DNA from: a virus
Lineage: Duplodnaviria > Caudoviricetes
Virus record (IMG/VR): IMGVR_UViG_3300016667_000190
Span: 1-24,172 of that record
Reading direction: 5' to 3' (one strand)
DNA length: 24,172 nt
Position numbers and translations under genes: made by a program. Shown here piece by piece: positions 1 through 8,855 of this stretch (within the stretch, counting starts at the first letter, position 1; every line of letters begins with the position of its first letter). A model generated the notes under the pieces. The model was not told the DNA's origin and did no database searches. It saw nothing but the letters and a program-made list of their open reading frames with translations.

Positions 1-933
1 AATCGCATCCTGAGCAGCGTCGTAAACAGAACCATCTTGAATCGCAGGACGAATCTGCGGAAACAAATCCAGAAACCTTTGGCCGTCATACATCATCAGC
101 CCATCAGGCCAAGAAAAGAAATAGATAGCACGCTCAGACACAGCAATAGCCTGAGGATTCACCGCACCAACTTCAGTCGACAAAGTTACGACCTGAAAAG
201 TATCCGTCGAATAACCAAGAATGGCGAACACGCCACGCTTCTTAAACACAAGAAGGTTGCCGTTAAACGGCACAATCGCCGTAATCCCAGAACCGCCCTC
301 AACAATGTCAATGTAATCAGCCGAACGCCAAGACTCAGGAAAGAACGGATGCGAGAACCGAACCCTATTCGGATAATCCGAACCATCCTCTGTCGTATAA
401 GCCGTCCACATACGATCAACATGAGAAGCAGCAAAACGCGCAACAGGCATATGCGTGCCAGTAGACGCAGACAAATCCTCCTGCCATTGCCCCGCCCCAG
501 AAGCAGTCAACGAAGAAGCAGTCGAAGCATTCCACTTCTTAGGAGTAGTACCAGTAGCGATATAAACAAAACTGCTAGAACCAGTAGTCCACTCCGCAAA
601 CGACGCCCCAAACGGGGCAGTCGTCGTAATAGCACAAGACGTAAACGCAGTCGTAGCCGAGTAATACACCCCATTATTCGCCGCAAGAAGCAACTGCGGT
701 GTCGCCGCATTCCACGCCCACAACCTCTTCGGCGCAAACGAACCATTAGCAATACCACCAACAGCAGAAGTATTCAACTTCTGCATGCCACCACGCATCG
801 AAAACCCACCACGTGGGTCGATATCGACGTTCAGCAAGTCAGGGGATTCGTTTGACCCCAACTGAAACGGGTCGGCACGAAGATTCAAACCGCCCGTAAA
901 ATCGTCGGTACGAAGCAACGACAAACGGGTCAT
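1..933 (-). CDS. Tail nozzle / tail tubular protein B-like (P22 gp10/T7 gp12 class), runs off the left edge
   Basis: Not in the ORF track because no stop falls in the window. ATG at 933 overlaps the adaptor stop. Begins MTRLSLLRTDDFTGGLNLRADPFQLGSNESPDLLNVDIDPRGG. The DFxGGLN start and position right after the adaptor are typical of podovirus nozzle proteins. Confidence 0.7.
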   Translation of the reverse strand, partial: MTRLSLLRTDDFTGGLNLRADPFQLGSNESPDLLNVDIDPRGGFSMRGGMQKLNTSAVGGIANGSFAPKRLWAWNAATPQLLLAANNGVYYSATTAFTSCAITTTAPFGASFAEWTTGSSSFVYIATGTTPKKWNASTASSLTASGAGQWQEDLSASTGTHMPVARFAASHVDRMWTAYTTEDGSDYPNRVRFSHPFFPESWRSADYIDIVEGGSGITAIVPFNGNLLVFKKRGVFAILGYSTDTFQVVTLSTEVGAVNPQAIAVSERAIYFFSWPDGLMMYDGQRFLDLFPQIRPAIQDGSVYDAAQDAI

Positions 934-1622
934 TGGCCAATAGTCCGTCCAAGACTCTGCAGCCACCACCTACTAGACATGTGAGGCACACCATCAGCAA
1001 ACGCCAACGGACGCTGCGACGGAGGACGCATAATATCAGCGGCAGCAAGACGGACAGCCTCATCGAACGTACGACGATAGAACGTCGCCAGTTCAATATC
1101 TTCCTGCAACTGATATACCTGCGATACGCCGTAGTAAACGAGTGCTTGGTGGAGACGCTCATCAGCATCAACCTCCGTCGAATCCGAAGCCGACCAATCA
1201 GTCGGCTTGCGATAGCCGCGAACCACAACGGGATACGCCGCATCAGGCTTAGGCCACAGATGCACAGTATCCTGCCACAACGAGAAATACAGCGGACGCT
1301 GAGCCTGGTCGAACGAACCAATCCAAATCTGCTCGGCATCATCATATGCAATCAACTCGATACGACGACCGACAGCAGAAGTATCAACAAGAGAAGTAAC
1401 CTCACGCAGATCGCCGTCACCGATCAGATTGATCGGATACTCACGCTGCCCCTGTGTCGTCGTGAGCGAGTACGTCTTCTGGTAGAACGGCCAGCGGCGT
1501 TCGAGGGCAATAATGCGCTCGAAGCCGTCCTTGATGTACATCGTCAGCAAAGTGTCCGAAACATCACTAGCGTCAAGATCGACAATCTCACGAATCTTCA
1601 AACGAATGTCATTCAGATTCAT
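930..1622 (-). CDS. Head-tail adaptor (tail tubular protein A-like)
   Basis: Likely start is ATG 1622 (MNLNDIRLKIR) rather than 1745. Has GQREY, LWPKPD and HQALVYY motifs seen in podovirus adaptors; lies between capsid and nozzle. Confidence 0.7.
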   Translation of the reverse strand: MNLNDIRLKIREIVDLDASDVSDTLLTMYIKDGFERIIALERRWPFYQKTYSLTTTQGQREYPINLIGDGDLREVTSLVDTSAVGRRIELIAYDDAEQIWIGSFDQAQRPLYFSLWQDTVHLWPKPDAAYPVVVRGYRKPTDWSASDSTEVDADERLHQALVYYGVSQVYQLQEDIELATFYRRTFDEAVRLAAADIMRPPSQRPLAFADGVPHMSSRWWLQSLGRTIGQ

Positions 1623-1839
1623 GTGCTTGCTCCTTCGCCATCTGACGCAGATGACCGATGCAGTACATGGTTTCCTTAGCACGAGCGCCTTGGCAAGTAC
1701 CATCATTGGCCATACAGCGAGTATGTCCGAGATATGGCATTCCACCAGCAGGCGCTGGAGATGCGTCTGCTGTGGCGTAAGGGCGTGCCGATGCGGTTGC
1801 AGGCACTCCGTATAAAGCGTATGCGGGTGTTCCAGCCAT
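1609..1839 (-). CDS. Small protein with C-x6-C-x10-C-x2-H putative Zn finger
   Basis: CMANDGTCQGARAKETMYCIGH; preceded by GTAACG-N12-TGTG-ATG; overlaps the adaptor start. Confidence 0.65.
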   Translation of the reverse strand: MAGTPAYALYGVPATASARPYATADASPAPAGGMPYLGHTRCMANDGTCQGARAKETMYCIGHLRQMAKEQAHESE

Positions 1840-1864
1840 CACAAATAGATGGCCTCGTTACCTA

Positions 1865-2257
1865 CTACTTGGGATACCTTCGTGTAACCTTTGCAGCCTT
1901 CTTTGCCCGAGGCTTTACGACAGCATCAGATGCCCTGATCTTCTTGTTGTAAGAATCAATCATTACATCTTTCCCATCAGCACTATAGGCTGCGGTTCGT
2001 CCTTCGATATTCTTCGTGGTAGCAATGCGCTTCCCGCCGTTTACCTTCTTTGTGCTTGAACCAGTAGTGCGGATCTGCCCCTGACGAGGAGTATCGATAG
2101 TCCCGCTCCACTTTTGTCCGAGTTCACGTATGGTCCCTGCTTCGCTCCGCCGCCTCTTATCGGCAGTTGCCCGACGTGCTCTGGTATCAGCAGTACCAGA
2201 CTTATTGGGCTTGGGCGGTCGGGGGTAAGAGGGCATTTTGAACTCCTTTGTAGCCAT
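1865..2257 (-). CDS. Basic (K/R-rich) hypothetical protein
   Basis: 130 aa ORF filling the gap after the capsid terminator; GTAACG box 20 nt upstream. Confidence 0.6.
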   Translation of the reverse strand: MATKEFKMPSYPRPPKPNKSGTADTRARRATADKRRRSEAGTIRELGQKWSGTIDTPRQGQIRTTGSSTKKVNGGKRIATTKNIEGRTAAYSADGKDVMIDSYNKKIRASDAVVKPRAKKAAKVTRRYPK

Positions 2258-2300
2258 GCTTCAATATAAGAATCGTGCGTTACGCAGCATCTATACTGAT

Positions 2301-2333
2301 AAACAGAAAGACCCACCCCCGAAAGGGTGGGTC
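2301..2333 (-). terminator. Intrinsic terminator after the major capsid gene
   Basis: Minus strand reads GACCCACCC-TTTCGG-GGGTGGGTC followed by TTTCTGTTT. Confidence 0.85.
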
Positions 2334-2357
2334 CATCTGATTCCTTGTCGGGAAAGG

Positions 2358-3296
2358 TCAGGCGGTCTTCGCCGTCAACTTGCCCTGCTTCTTGCGGTTA
2401 CGCACAGTCAGGTTGCCGTAGCACATGACGAGCGAGTAACGAGCGTCGTAGTTCTCGGGACGCACGAACGGCGTGACCTCGAACCACTTGTCGCTGTGAC
2501 CGACGAGGGTGATGTACTTGCTGTTGAGGAAGTACATCGTGCCAGCGGGGCAGTCCACATCGTACGCCACGGGAGCAGCCTTGAACAGCAGGTTCTGGAA
2601 GCCAGCGTCTGCAGTCTTGGTGTCCGTGTAGCGCAACTGCGGCTGCAGCAGGCTCTCGTACTTCTCGAACAGGGTCTGAGTGCCAAGCACCATGTCGGGA
2701 TGGTCGTTGCCGACCGACACGGTGTTGTAGGCGGTGGTCATCTGAGCGAGGGTAAGAGCACCAGCGGTGTTCTCCTCGTACGAACGCCACCAAGTCTCGC
2801 TCGACGAGTCGATGCCACCAACGGTGTTGCCCGACTCAACGAGGTTGCCGAGACCGTTCCAGTTCTTGCCCGAGTTGCCCGTGCCGTCACCGAAGAACAT
2901 GGCGTTGAAGCCTTCCTTCATCGACTCCTCAGCCTGCATGATCTTCGCCTCAAGCAGGTTCACCATCGCCTGCTCGCCGTTGTTCTTGGCCTCTTCGATA
3001 CCCGAGATGGCGACCGAAGCAGCGTACTGCTTCCAATCGAACTCGGCAGCGGTGATGCCCGACTGCGGGGTCAGCGAGATGCTGTCGTAGCCCGAGTACG
3101 AAGCCACGGTGCTGTTCTCGCCGTAGATGAGCGGCTCAACAATGTTCGTACCGCCATTGAGCATGCGGATACGACCCTTGTCCATCAGGAAGTAGGTGAG
3201 CGGACGAGCGTTGAACACGTTGTCCGTCAGGGTCTTGCGGTAATTCGCAACCGTAGTTGCGAGGAGTGTCTGGAGTGCATCTCCGTGAATAGCCAT
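2358..3296 (-). CDS. Major capsid protein
   Basis: 312 aa, strong codon bias, GAGGAGG RBS, follows the scaffold gene and is followed by a terminator. Contains GDGTGN..K..NGL and MYFLNSKY..L motifs of podovirus coat proteins. Confidence 0.9.
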   Translation of the reverse strand: MAIHGDALQTLLATTVANYRKTLTDNVFNARPLTYFLMDKGRIRMLNGGTNIVEPLIYGENSTVASYSGYDSISLTPQSGITAAEFDWKQYAASVAISGIEEAKNNGEQAMVNLLEAKIMQAEESMKEGFNAMFFGDGTGNSGKNWNGLGNLVESGNTVGGIDSSSETWWRSYEENTAGALTLAQMTTAYNTVSVGNDHPDMVLGTQTLFEKYESLLQPQLRYTDTKTADAGFQNLLFKAAPVAYDVDCPAGTMYFLNSKYITLVGHSDKWFEVTPFVRPENYDARYSLVMCYGNLTVRNRKKQGKLTAKTA

Positions 3297-3315
3297 GATT
3301 TGTCCTCCTCAGGAC

Positions 3316-4086
3316 TTATGAGACGCCATGCTGCCGTTTGGCGGCAGCCCAAGCGTCTGCGATTGAACGGATTGTTCCCACGTCATCCTTCGCCGTCTTC
3401 ACAGAAGCAGCCCCAGACACCACAGATGCCTGACGCTTCGCCTCAGTCTGCTTAGCCGCCTTCTCAGAAGAAACCTTCTGACGAGCAGCAAGACGATCAA
3501 AAGCGATCTGCTTAAACACGGCCTCAAGATTCGTGGACCCCTGCGCAACCGCAGCAGCCACTACCTCCTGAGGATCGAAGTCATCTCCGTAGGTTGACTT
3601 CAGCCTTGAAATCTCCGACTCAAGCCTCTGCTGTGCCTGCATCCTCTCAAACGCCGACACTCTCTCGTCGATGTCTGAAAGCCGCTTAGCAACTGGGTCG
3701 TCCATACTGAAATCGCTGAAGAAAGGATCTTCATCAACCATCTTCTGCGCCTCTTTACGGCTGACGCCGTAATGATCCGCAAGAAGATCAATTGTTCCAG
3801 CAGGATCGTTCTCCAGAGCCGCCTTGATGGCAGAAGCCCATTGAAGTTCCTGACGCTGTTGTGCCAGTTCCTGCGTCTTGCGGGTATAGTCCGCTTGACG
3901 CGAGTAGCCAGCAACTGCCTCCGAAAGTGGCACACGAACCTCTTCGCCATCAACCTTGACAGTCACATAGTGATTGCCGTAAGTATCAACGTCGAGGATG
4001 GATTCGCTTTCCTCGGCTCCGCCCAACTCATCAACTTGTCCGTCAAGAACGGGGTCAAAATCGGGGCTATCTATGGTGGTGTCCAC
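3316..4086 (-). CDS. Capsid scaffolding protein
   Basis: VTVKVDGEEVRVPLSEAVAGYSRQADYTRKTQELA is a typical scaffold signature; lies between portal and capsid; AGGAGG RBS. Confidence 0.85.
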   Translation of the reverse strand: MDTTIDSPDFDPVLDGQVDELGGAEESESILDVDTYGNHYVTVKVDGEEVRVPLSEAVAGYSRQADYTRKTQELAQQRQELQWASAIKAALENDPAGTIDLLADHYGVSRKEAQKMVDEDPFFSDFSMDDPVAKRLSDIDERVSAFERMQAQQRLESEISRLKSTYGDDFDPQEVVAAAVAQGSTNLEAVFKQIAFDRLAARQKVSSEKAAKQTEAKRQASVVSGAASVKTAKDDVGTIRSIADAWAAAKRQHGVS

Positions 4087-4133
4087 CTATTCCTCCTGAG
4101 TCCTAATGGTTGCTCTATAGAAAGAAACGGTCG

Positions 4134-5960
4134 TTACATCATGTTGGGCAAATTCAAGCCCATACGCGACGACAAAGCGGCAAGAACAGCAGGGTCAACG
4201 CCAGACAACGCTTCAGGCGTTGCAGGCGGAGGAGCAATCGCAGCGTTCATATCTTGCGCAGGTCCAACTGCTTCAGGCGGCAAACCAGCAGGCAACGCGC
4301 CCATATCGGGCGGCGGTGCTCCACCTTCAGCACCCATCTGATCCTGCGGTGCAGGAGCGCCCTGCAGGAACTGGTCGGGGTTCTTGACACCGAAACCGAA
4401 CTGCAGTACGTGTGCTGCAAGCGCAGGCATGTTCACAATTCCCATCTGCGCAAACGGAGCCATAGCGTCAACCATCTGTAGCGCCATCTGTCGACGGAAT
4501 GACTCGTTGACGGGGGCAGTAGATCCAGCCTCAACGTCATAGTCGAACTCGCCAGCAATATAGTCGGCATCAAACGTCACCCAAGTAGGTTCGCCATCAC
4601 GGCCAACAACACGAGCAACCTGCTCGCCAGTCATGAACTGCTGGGCAAGTGCTACGAGACGAGAAGCAACCTCGGCAATAGCCTGTTCAATCGTTGCCAA
4701 CTTGTCGGCTGCACGAGCATTGGCGGCATCCTGCACGATTGCCGCTTCTGTCGCCGTACGACGAATTTCGGGAAGCGAACCACGCAGATATACCGAGACG
4801 CCAGACACCATGTTGATGTCGGCTTCGATGATGTCGGACTGACGGTAGAACTCGGGAGGAGTGACAACCGCAGGGAAAGGCACGACAACATTGGAAAGAG
4901 GTTCATCGCCAGAGACGGGAACCATCGTGTTGTCGTAGTCTGATTCGAGGGCGTCGCGCCCGTCCGAATCAAACGCAGACTCCTTAAAGAGGTACTTTCG
5001 TGCGTACCGCTTACGGTGGTTCATCATCTGCGTACGAGTCTCATTGATTTCTCGCTGCAGCGGCTCAATCGCCTCAAGATCGCCAAGAGGATAGAAGAAG
5101 TCGGGGACATCGTAGTTGCGGATCATCACAAACGGATGTCCGAAGGCATACGGCATGTCCATCGGCTTTACGAGGAAGCCATCGCATCCTTCGGCAAACA
5201 CGCACATCGTGTTCTTGGGGATGTCGTAGAACTCCCAGACCTCAACGTAGCCCTCTTCCTTGTCCTTGGGCTTACGTGAAGACGGTTCCTCGGGGTCGTA
5301 CTTGCCCCACGAGGTTGCCTCAATCATGTCACGTGCAGACTTCGAATACCGCTTGTCCGACTTGACGTCCTTTACGGAGCGACGGATGCGCTGGGCAATC
5401 CAGCGAGCATCCTCCATCGAAGTAGCATCTGGATCGACAAACACATCGAAAGGCGAGACACGCTCAACAAACGGTCTGTCTTCAATGACAACGATAGACG
5501 GCGTAATCTCATTGCCGTCCATCTCCTGAGACTGATCGCCCTCTTGGCCAATCTCTTCTTCCTCAACATAACGGTAGCCAACCTTCAGCCAGCCATGCCC
5601 CATAACGAGGAAGTCTTTGACGGCACGACGAAACTGGGGGCGGACACGGTAGTGTCGCCACCAATAGTTGATTACAGCCTCTGTAACAATTGCCTGAGCA
5701 GCGGCATCAGGATGCCGTGCGTTAACGGCAATCTTCGGATAGTTGACAGCCACCGCAGGAGCAATGACGTTCACCGTCGAAAACGAGATGTTGACAAGCA
5801 GTCTGTCGTCGGGAGAAACGTCCTCGAAGTGTCGACCTCGGTAAAGGTCGATGAGCCTTCGCCACGTGTTGTCGTAATCCTCGTCCCTTCGCCACCGCTT
5901 GGCTACCGCAATCTTCTTCTGGTAACGGGTGAGGATGTCATAATTCGACTGTCGGGCCAT
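4134..5960 (-). CDS. Portal protein
   Basis: 608 aa with VMGHGWLKVGY, RVSPFDVFVDP and RRTATEA portal motifs and a Pro/Ala-rich C-terminal tail; position in the head operon fits. Confidence 0.88.
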   Translation of the reverse strand: MARQSNYDILTRYQKKIAVAKRWRRDEDYDNTWRRLIDLYRGRHFEDVSPDDRLLVNISFSTVNVIAPAVAVNYPKIAVNARHPDAAAQAIVTEAVINYWWRHYRVRPQFRRAVKDFLVMGHGWLKVGYRYVEEEEIGQEGDQSQEMDGNEITPSIVVIEDRPFVERVSPFDVFVDPDATSMEDARWIAQRIRRSVKDVKSDKRYSKSARDMIEATSWGKYDPEEPSSRKPKDKEEGYVEVWEFYDIPKNTMCVFAEGCDGFLVKPMDMPYAFGHPFVMIRNYDVPDFFYPLGDLEAIEPLQREINETRTQMMNHRKRYARKYLFKESAFDSDGRDALESDYDNTMVPVSGDEPLSNVVVPFPAVVTPPEFYRQSDIIEADINMVSGVSVYLRGSLPEIRRTATEAAIVQDAANARAADKLATIEQAIAEVASRLVALAQQFMTGEQVARVVGRDGEPTWVTFDADYIAGEFDYDVEAGSTAPVNESFRRQMALQMVDAMAPFAQMGIVNMPALAAHVLQFGFGVKNPDQFLQGAPAPQDQMGAEGGAPPPDMGALPAGLPPEAVGPAQDMNAAIAPPPATPEALSGVDPAVLAALSSRMGLNLPNMM

Positions 5961-6136
5961 TACCCCTCATTCCAAGCCTGCGCGGTACGCGCAATTAGGT
6001 TCCACACGGCAATCAGGCCAGCAATGCCAGCAGCCTTGAAGAACCCGATGTCGAACACAGCGGAAGTAAGAGGGCTGGCTGTAGCGCCAGCCACGAATGT
6101 CGCAACCGCACGCTTGAAAGCATCCTTGTAAGTCAC
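5960..6136 (-). CDS. Putative holin (r1t-like, two hydrophobic segments), 58 aa
   Basis: Read manually: MTYKDAFKRAVATFVAGATASPLTSAVFDIGFFKAAGIAGLIAVWNLIARTAQAWNEG. GTG start overlaps the upstream stop, AGGAGG RBS, TAATG coupling to portal. Confidence 0.55.
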   Translation of the reverse strand: MTYKDAFKRAVATFVAGATASPLTSAVFDIGFFKAAGIAGLIAVWNLIARTAQAWNEG

Positions 6137-6324
6137 AGCCCCTCCTTGAGGTGGTAGTCGATGTGGTCATCAAGCCGACTGTCGATGTGATCGACCTTCG
6201 ATTCGATCCGAAGAAGAACCTTCTGATTGTCGGCGTGCTGCTGAGTGTTCCTCTTGTCGAACTTTGTCAGCCCCCACATCAGCGGACCGCCGATAACAGC
6301 AACGACAATGGGGACCCACCACAC
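6133..6324 (-). CDS. Small membrane protein (N-terminal TM plus coiled coil), possibly lysis-associated
   Basis: MWWVPIVVAVIGGPLMWGL followed by a charged helical segment ending DDHIDYH. Confidence 0.65.
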   Translation of the reverse strand: MWWVPIVVAVIGGPLMWGLTKFDKRNTQQHADNQKVLLRIESKVDHIDSRLDDHIDYHLKEGL

Positions 6325-6327
6325 AGG

Positions 6328-6555
6328 TCACACCCACCGCTGCCCGACAGGCTCGGCCTTAATACCAGCATCAGCGGCCTGCTTCTCCTGTAGACGCTGA
6401 CGCTCGGTGATCGTCGGACCATGGAAATCTTCTTTCCCATGGCTAAAGCCAAGACGGATACCTTTTACATGGCACTTAAAGCAAACAGCGCCACGACGAG
6501 GAAGAACGTCAAACGTAAATAAGGAATCACATTCAATGCAGTTAATCGAACCCAT
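6328..6555 (-). CDS. Small CxxC...CxxC Zn-ribbon protein
   Basis: CIEC and CFKC motifs; GTAACG-N12-TGTG-ATG upstream. Confidence 0.65.
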   Translation of the reverse strand: MGSINCIECDSLFTFDVLPRRGAVCFKCHVKGIRLGFSHGKEDFHGPTITERQRLQEKQAADAGIKAEPVGQRWV

Positions 6556-6573
6556 CACATCTATATGTCGCCG

Positions 6574-8166
6574 TTACATCGCATTTCTGGTGTTGTAAGC
6601 CCCCAAAGGAACCCGATCCGACGCACCATTGGATGAAAGCGCCATTCTTGCGAACCAATCCAAACTAAACCGAGGAGCAGGCACTTCAGTCTTGTATTCA
6701 GGCAACCACACGTACTTCAACATCTGATGGCAAATAGCCAGCGACATCACGCGGTCGTCGTGGGGTGAACCATGCATTTTGCCATTAGGGTCACGAACAA
6801 ATGTCCGCAACTCGGCAATCGTTCGCTCATCCCGTAGGTCAATAGCCCCATCGCGGATAGATGCCGCCAACTCGTCAATCGCCAGCGGCTTTGTCGCCGC
6901 AGTCGTCCGCCAACCAAGAATTTCCGTCGCCTCAGGATTCCGCTGTTGTAGGCGACGGGTACGATACAGGTTCTTGTAACCGTACCTCTGCAACGCTTTC
7001 AGCGTTGTCAGACCGTGGTTGTTGTTCTCCACACCCATAAGAGCGCCGTTGTACCACCAGCCGACTTCGGCTAACGCCTCACCGAATAGGTCGGGTTCAA
7101 TATGTCCGTGCCAAGTTGCGACGACAAGAGAGTTGCGTGCGTTGATGATATGGGCTGACGAGTAGTCGCCGTGCCCAAGGCCTTCAGCAACGTCAGCGCC
7201 AATCACATACACACCTTCAGGGTGTGGTTCTTCCCAGATGGCAAACTCGCCGTCTTTGGCTAGGCGATATTCGACCTGCTTCTTTGTGAACTTGTGAAGA
7301 TAGCCGCGACGAGGTTCTTCAGTCTCGTGCTCGCTGAGCGCATCAAGATCAAACACGGGGTTGCCCGACTTAATGAACGCCTCTTCGGGACTCCTCGGGT
7401 ATTCCTGATGCAACTGCCATGAAGGCATTGTCTTCGACTTCGACTCATACCAGTCGTCGTCACGATCACCAGCAGACCAAGGCCAGAAGATGCCCGTGAA
7501 CGCATTCGTCCCGTTCTGAGAACCCACCCACAGGTGGTGAAAGAAGTTGCCCGATCCGTTGGCGGTACTCAGACAGATAACACGACCACCAACGTCAGCA
7601 ATCGGTTCGATAGACGCCCACGCCTCCTCAGAGTTCGGCAAGAACGCCATCTCGTCTACAATAACCAGATACACCGACTCGCCACGAGCAGGGTCGTTGC
7701 CCGAAGGCAGCGACTCAATCGCAGACTCGTTAGCAAACGTCATCTTCAACTGGTTATCAGACGTCAACTCGGGGCCACGTTCCTTCATCCACAAAGGAAG
7801 AAATTTGTAGCCATACTTCGACTTTTGTAGAAGTTTCGCAGCCTCACGTTCCGTCCTAGAAAGCATGACCACAAAGCGATCAGCCCAGAAGAACGTCAAC
7901 CAAAACCCGTAGGCAGCACCCAACGTAGAGAACCCGATCTGTCGTGCCTTCAGCACGACCGAATAACGGTTCGTCATCCACGCACGAATCGTCTCAATCT
8001 GCGCTTCGCGCATCTCAAACGGAATACGGCCACGCTCAGGATGCTTGATGTGCCAGTAGTTCTCACAGAAGTACGTGAACGCCTCAACACGCTCGTCAAT
8101 CGTTGCTTCCTCTGGACCTTTGCAGCGTCGCCACTCACGCTCATTCAGAAGTTCAGTTAAATCCAT
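6574..8166 (-). CDS. terL: Terminase large subunit
   Basis: Walker A VLKARQIGFST, Walker B LVIVDEMAF, coupling motif STANG, and nuclease acidic motifs IGADVAEG and HDDRVMS. Confidence 0.95.
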   Translation of the reverse strand: MDLTELLNEREWRRCKGPEEATIDERVEAFTYFCENYWHIKHPERGRIPFEMREAQIETIRAWMTNRYSVVLKARQIGFSTLGAAYGFWLTFFWADRFVVMLSRTEREAAKLLQKSKYGYKFLPLWMKERGPELTSDNQLKMTFANESAIESLPSGNDPARGESVYLVIVDEMAFLPNSEEAWASIEPIADVGGRVICLSTANGSGNFFHHLWVGSQNGTNAFTGIFWPWSAGDRDDDWYESKSKTMPSWQLHQEYPRSPEEAFIKSGNPVFDLDALSEHETEEPRRGYLHKFTKKQVEYRLAKDGEFAIWEEPHPEGVYVIGADVAEGLGHGDYSSAHIINARNSLVVATWHGHIEPDLFGEALAEVGWWYNGALMGVENNNHGLTTLKALQRYGYKNLYRTRRLQQRNPEATEILGWRTTAATKPLAIDELAASIRDGAIDLRDERTIAELRTFVRDPNGKMHGSPHDDRVMSLAICHQMLKYVWLPEYKTEVPAPRFSLDWFARMALSSNGASDRVPLGAYNTRNAM

Positions 8167-8287
8167 CCTCAGGCTTCATCCTCTGTGGGTACTGATCCTC
8201 AGCCTGCGAACACGCAGGACAACGCCAATGACAAGCAGCAGGGGGATACTCCATCCCACATTGCGGACATTCCACCAACTCCGTCAT
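8153..8287 (-). CDS. 44 aa CPxCG-type double-CxxC Zn-finger protein
   Basis: Read manually: MTELVECPQCGMEYPPAACHWRCPACSQAEDQYPQRMKPEDGFN. ATGA overlap with the terS stop; fills the terS-terL gap exactly. Confidence 0.65.
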   Translation of the reverse strand: MTELVECPQCGMEYPPAACHWRCPACSQAEDQYPQRMKPEDGFN

Positions 8288-8712
8288 ACAGCACGAAGAC
8301 GACGAGACTCCATCTCATTAGCCGCCGAAGCGGCAATGAGCGACTCCAACTCCTTGTCAGACAACTGGGCGACCGAAGTCTCACTCTTCACAGTCACCTG
8401 CGGAGGAGCCATACGATTAGTCGCCTGCAGATACAACTGCGCAGCCTTGATGTCGCCGCCAAGCGCAGCATTGTACAGGGTGTCCAGAAGACGCTGAGAC
8501 CGCTCAGGCGACCCTTGGATGTCGTCGACCTTCTCCTGCCACTTCTTGCGGAAGACATCCTTCTTTTCCCAGCGGCGCAAAGTGACCACGTTCACCCCGA
8601 TGGACTCCGCATACTTCTCCTTGGAAGCAGGATTCCTCTCGGAAGGGGGCGTGCACAACCATACAAGATATGACTCTTGACGGGCGTCCAGCACATTCTC
8701 CTCAATGCTCAC
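8284..8712 (-). CDS. terS: Terminase small subunit (N-terminal HTH, phBC6A51-like)
   Basis: HTH KEKYAESIGVNVVTLRRWEK and GDIKAAQLYLQ oligomerisation-type motif; upstream of terL. Start taken as GTG 8712. Confidence 0.75.
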   Translation of the reverse strand: MSIEENVLDARQESYLVWLCTPPSERNPASKEKYAESIGVNVVTLRRWEKKDVFRKKWQEKVDDIQGSPERSQRLLDTLYNAALGGDIKAAQLYLQATNRMAPPQVTVKSETSVAQLSDKELESLIAASAANEMESRRLRAV

Positions 8713-8726
8713 ACCAACAGGCAACT

Positions 8727-8766
8727 TCGTTACCTGTTCACTTGTTCACGATGTAACGAGGTAACA
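8727..8766. promoter_or_regulatory. Divergent GTAACG boxes with tandem TGTTCAC repeats
   Basis: TCGTTAC (8727-8733) and GTAACGA (8753-8759) form an inverted pair around TGTTCAC x2 (8735-8741, 8743-8749). An extra GTAACA lies at 8761. The site sits between divergent genes. Confidence 0.5.
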
Positions 8767-8788
8767 TTTAGATAGGGGCCACCTAGTT

Positions 8789-8823
8789 ATCAACGGCTGC
8801 TGCGCAGCAACGCAGCCGTTGAT
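8789..8823. repeat. 12-bp perfect inverted repeat
   Basis: ATCAACGGCTGC (8789-8800) / GCAGCCGTTGAT (8812-8823), flanked by CTAG on both sides. Confidence 0.75.
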
Positions 8824-8855
8824 CTAGTAACCAAGTTGCGACGACAGGAGCGGAT

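Noticed and set aside
37-3455. Long + strand ORFs (37-855, 933-1679, 2238-3455) and similar antisense ORFs elsewhere
   Set aside because: Shadow frames of well-supported genes on the opposite strand; Arg-rich, no motifs or RBS.
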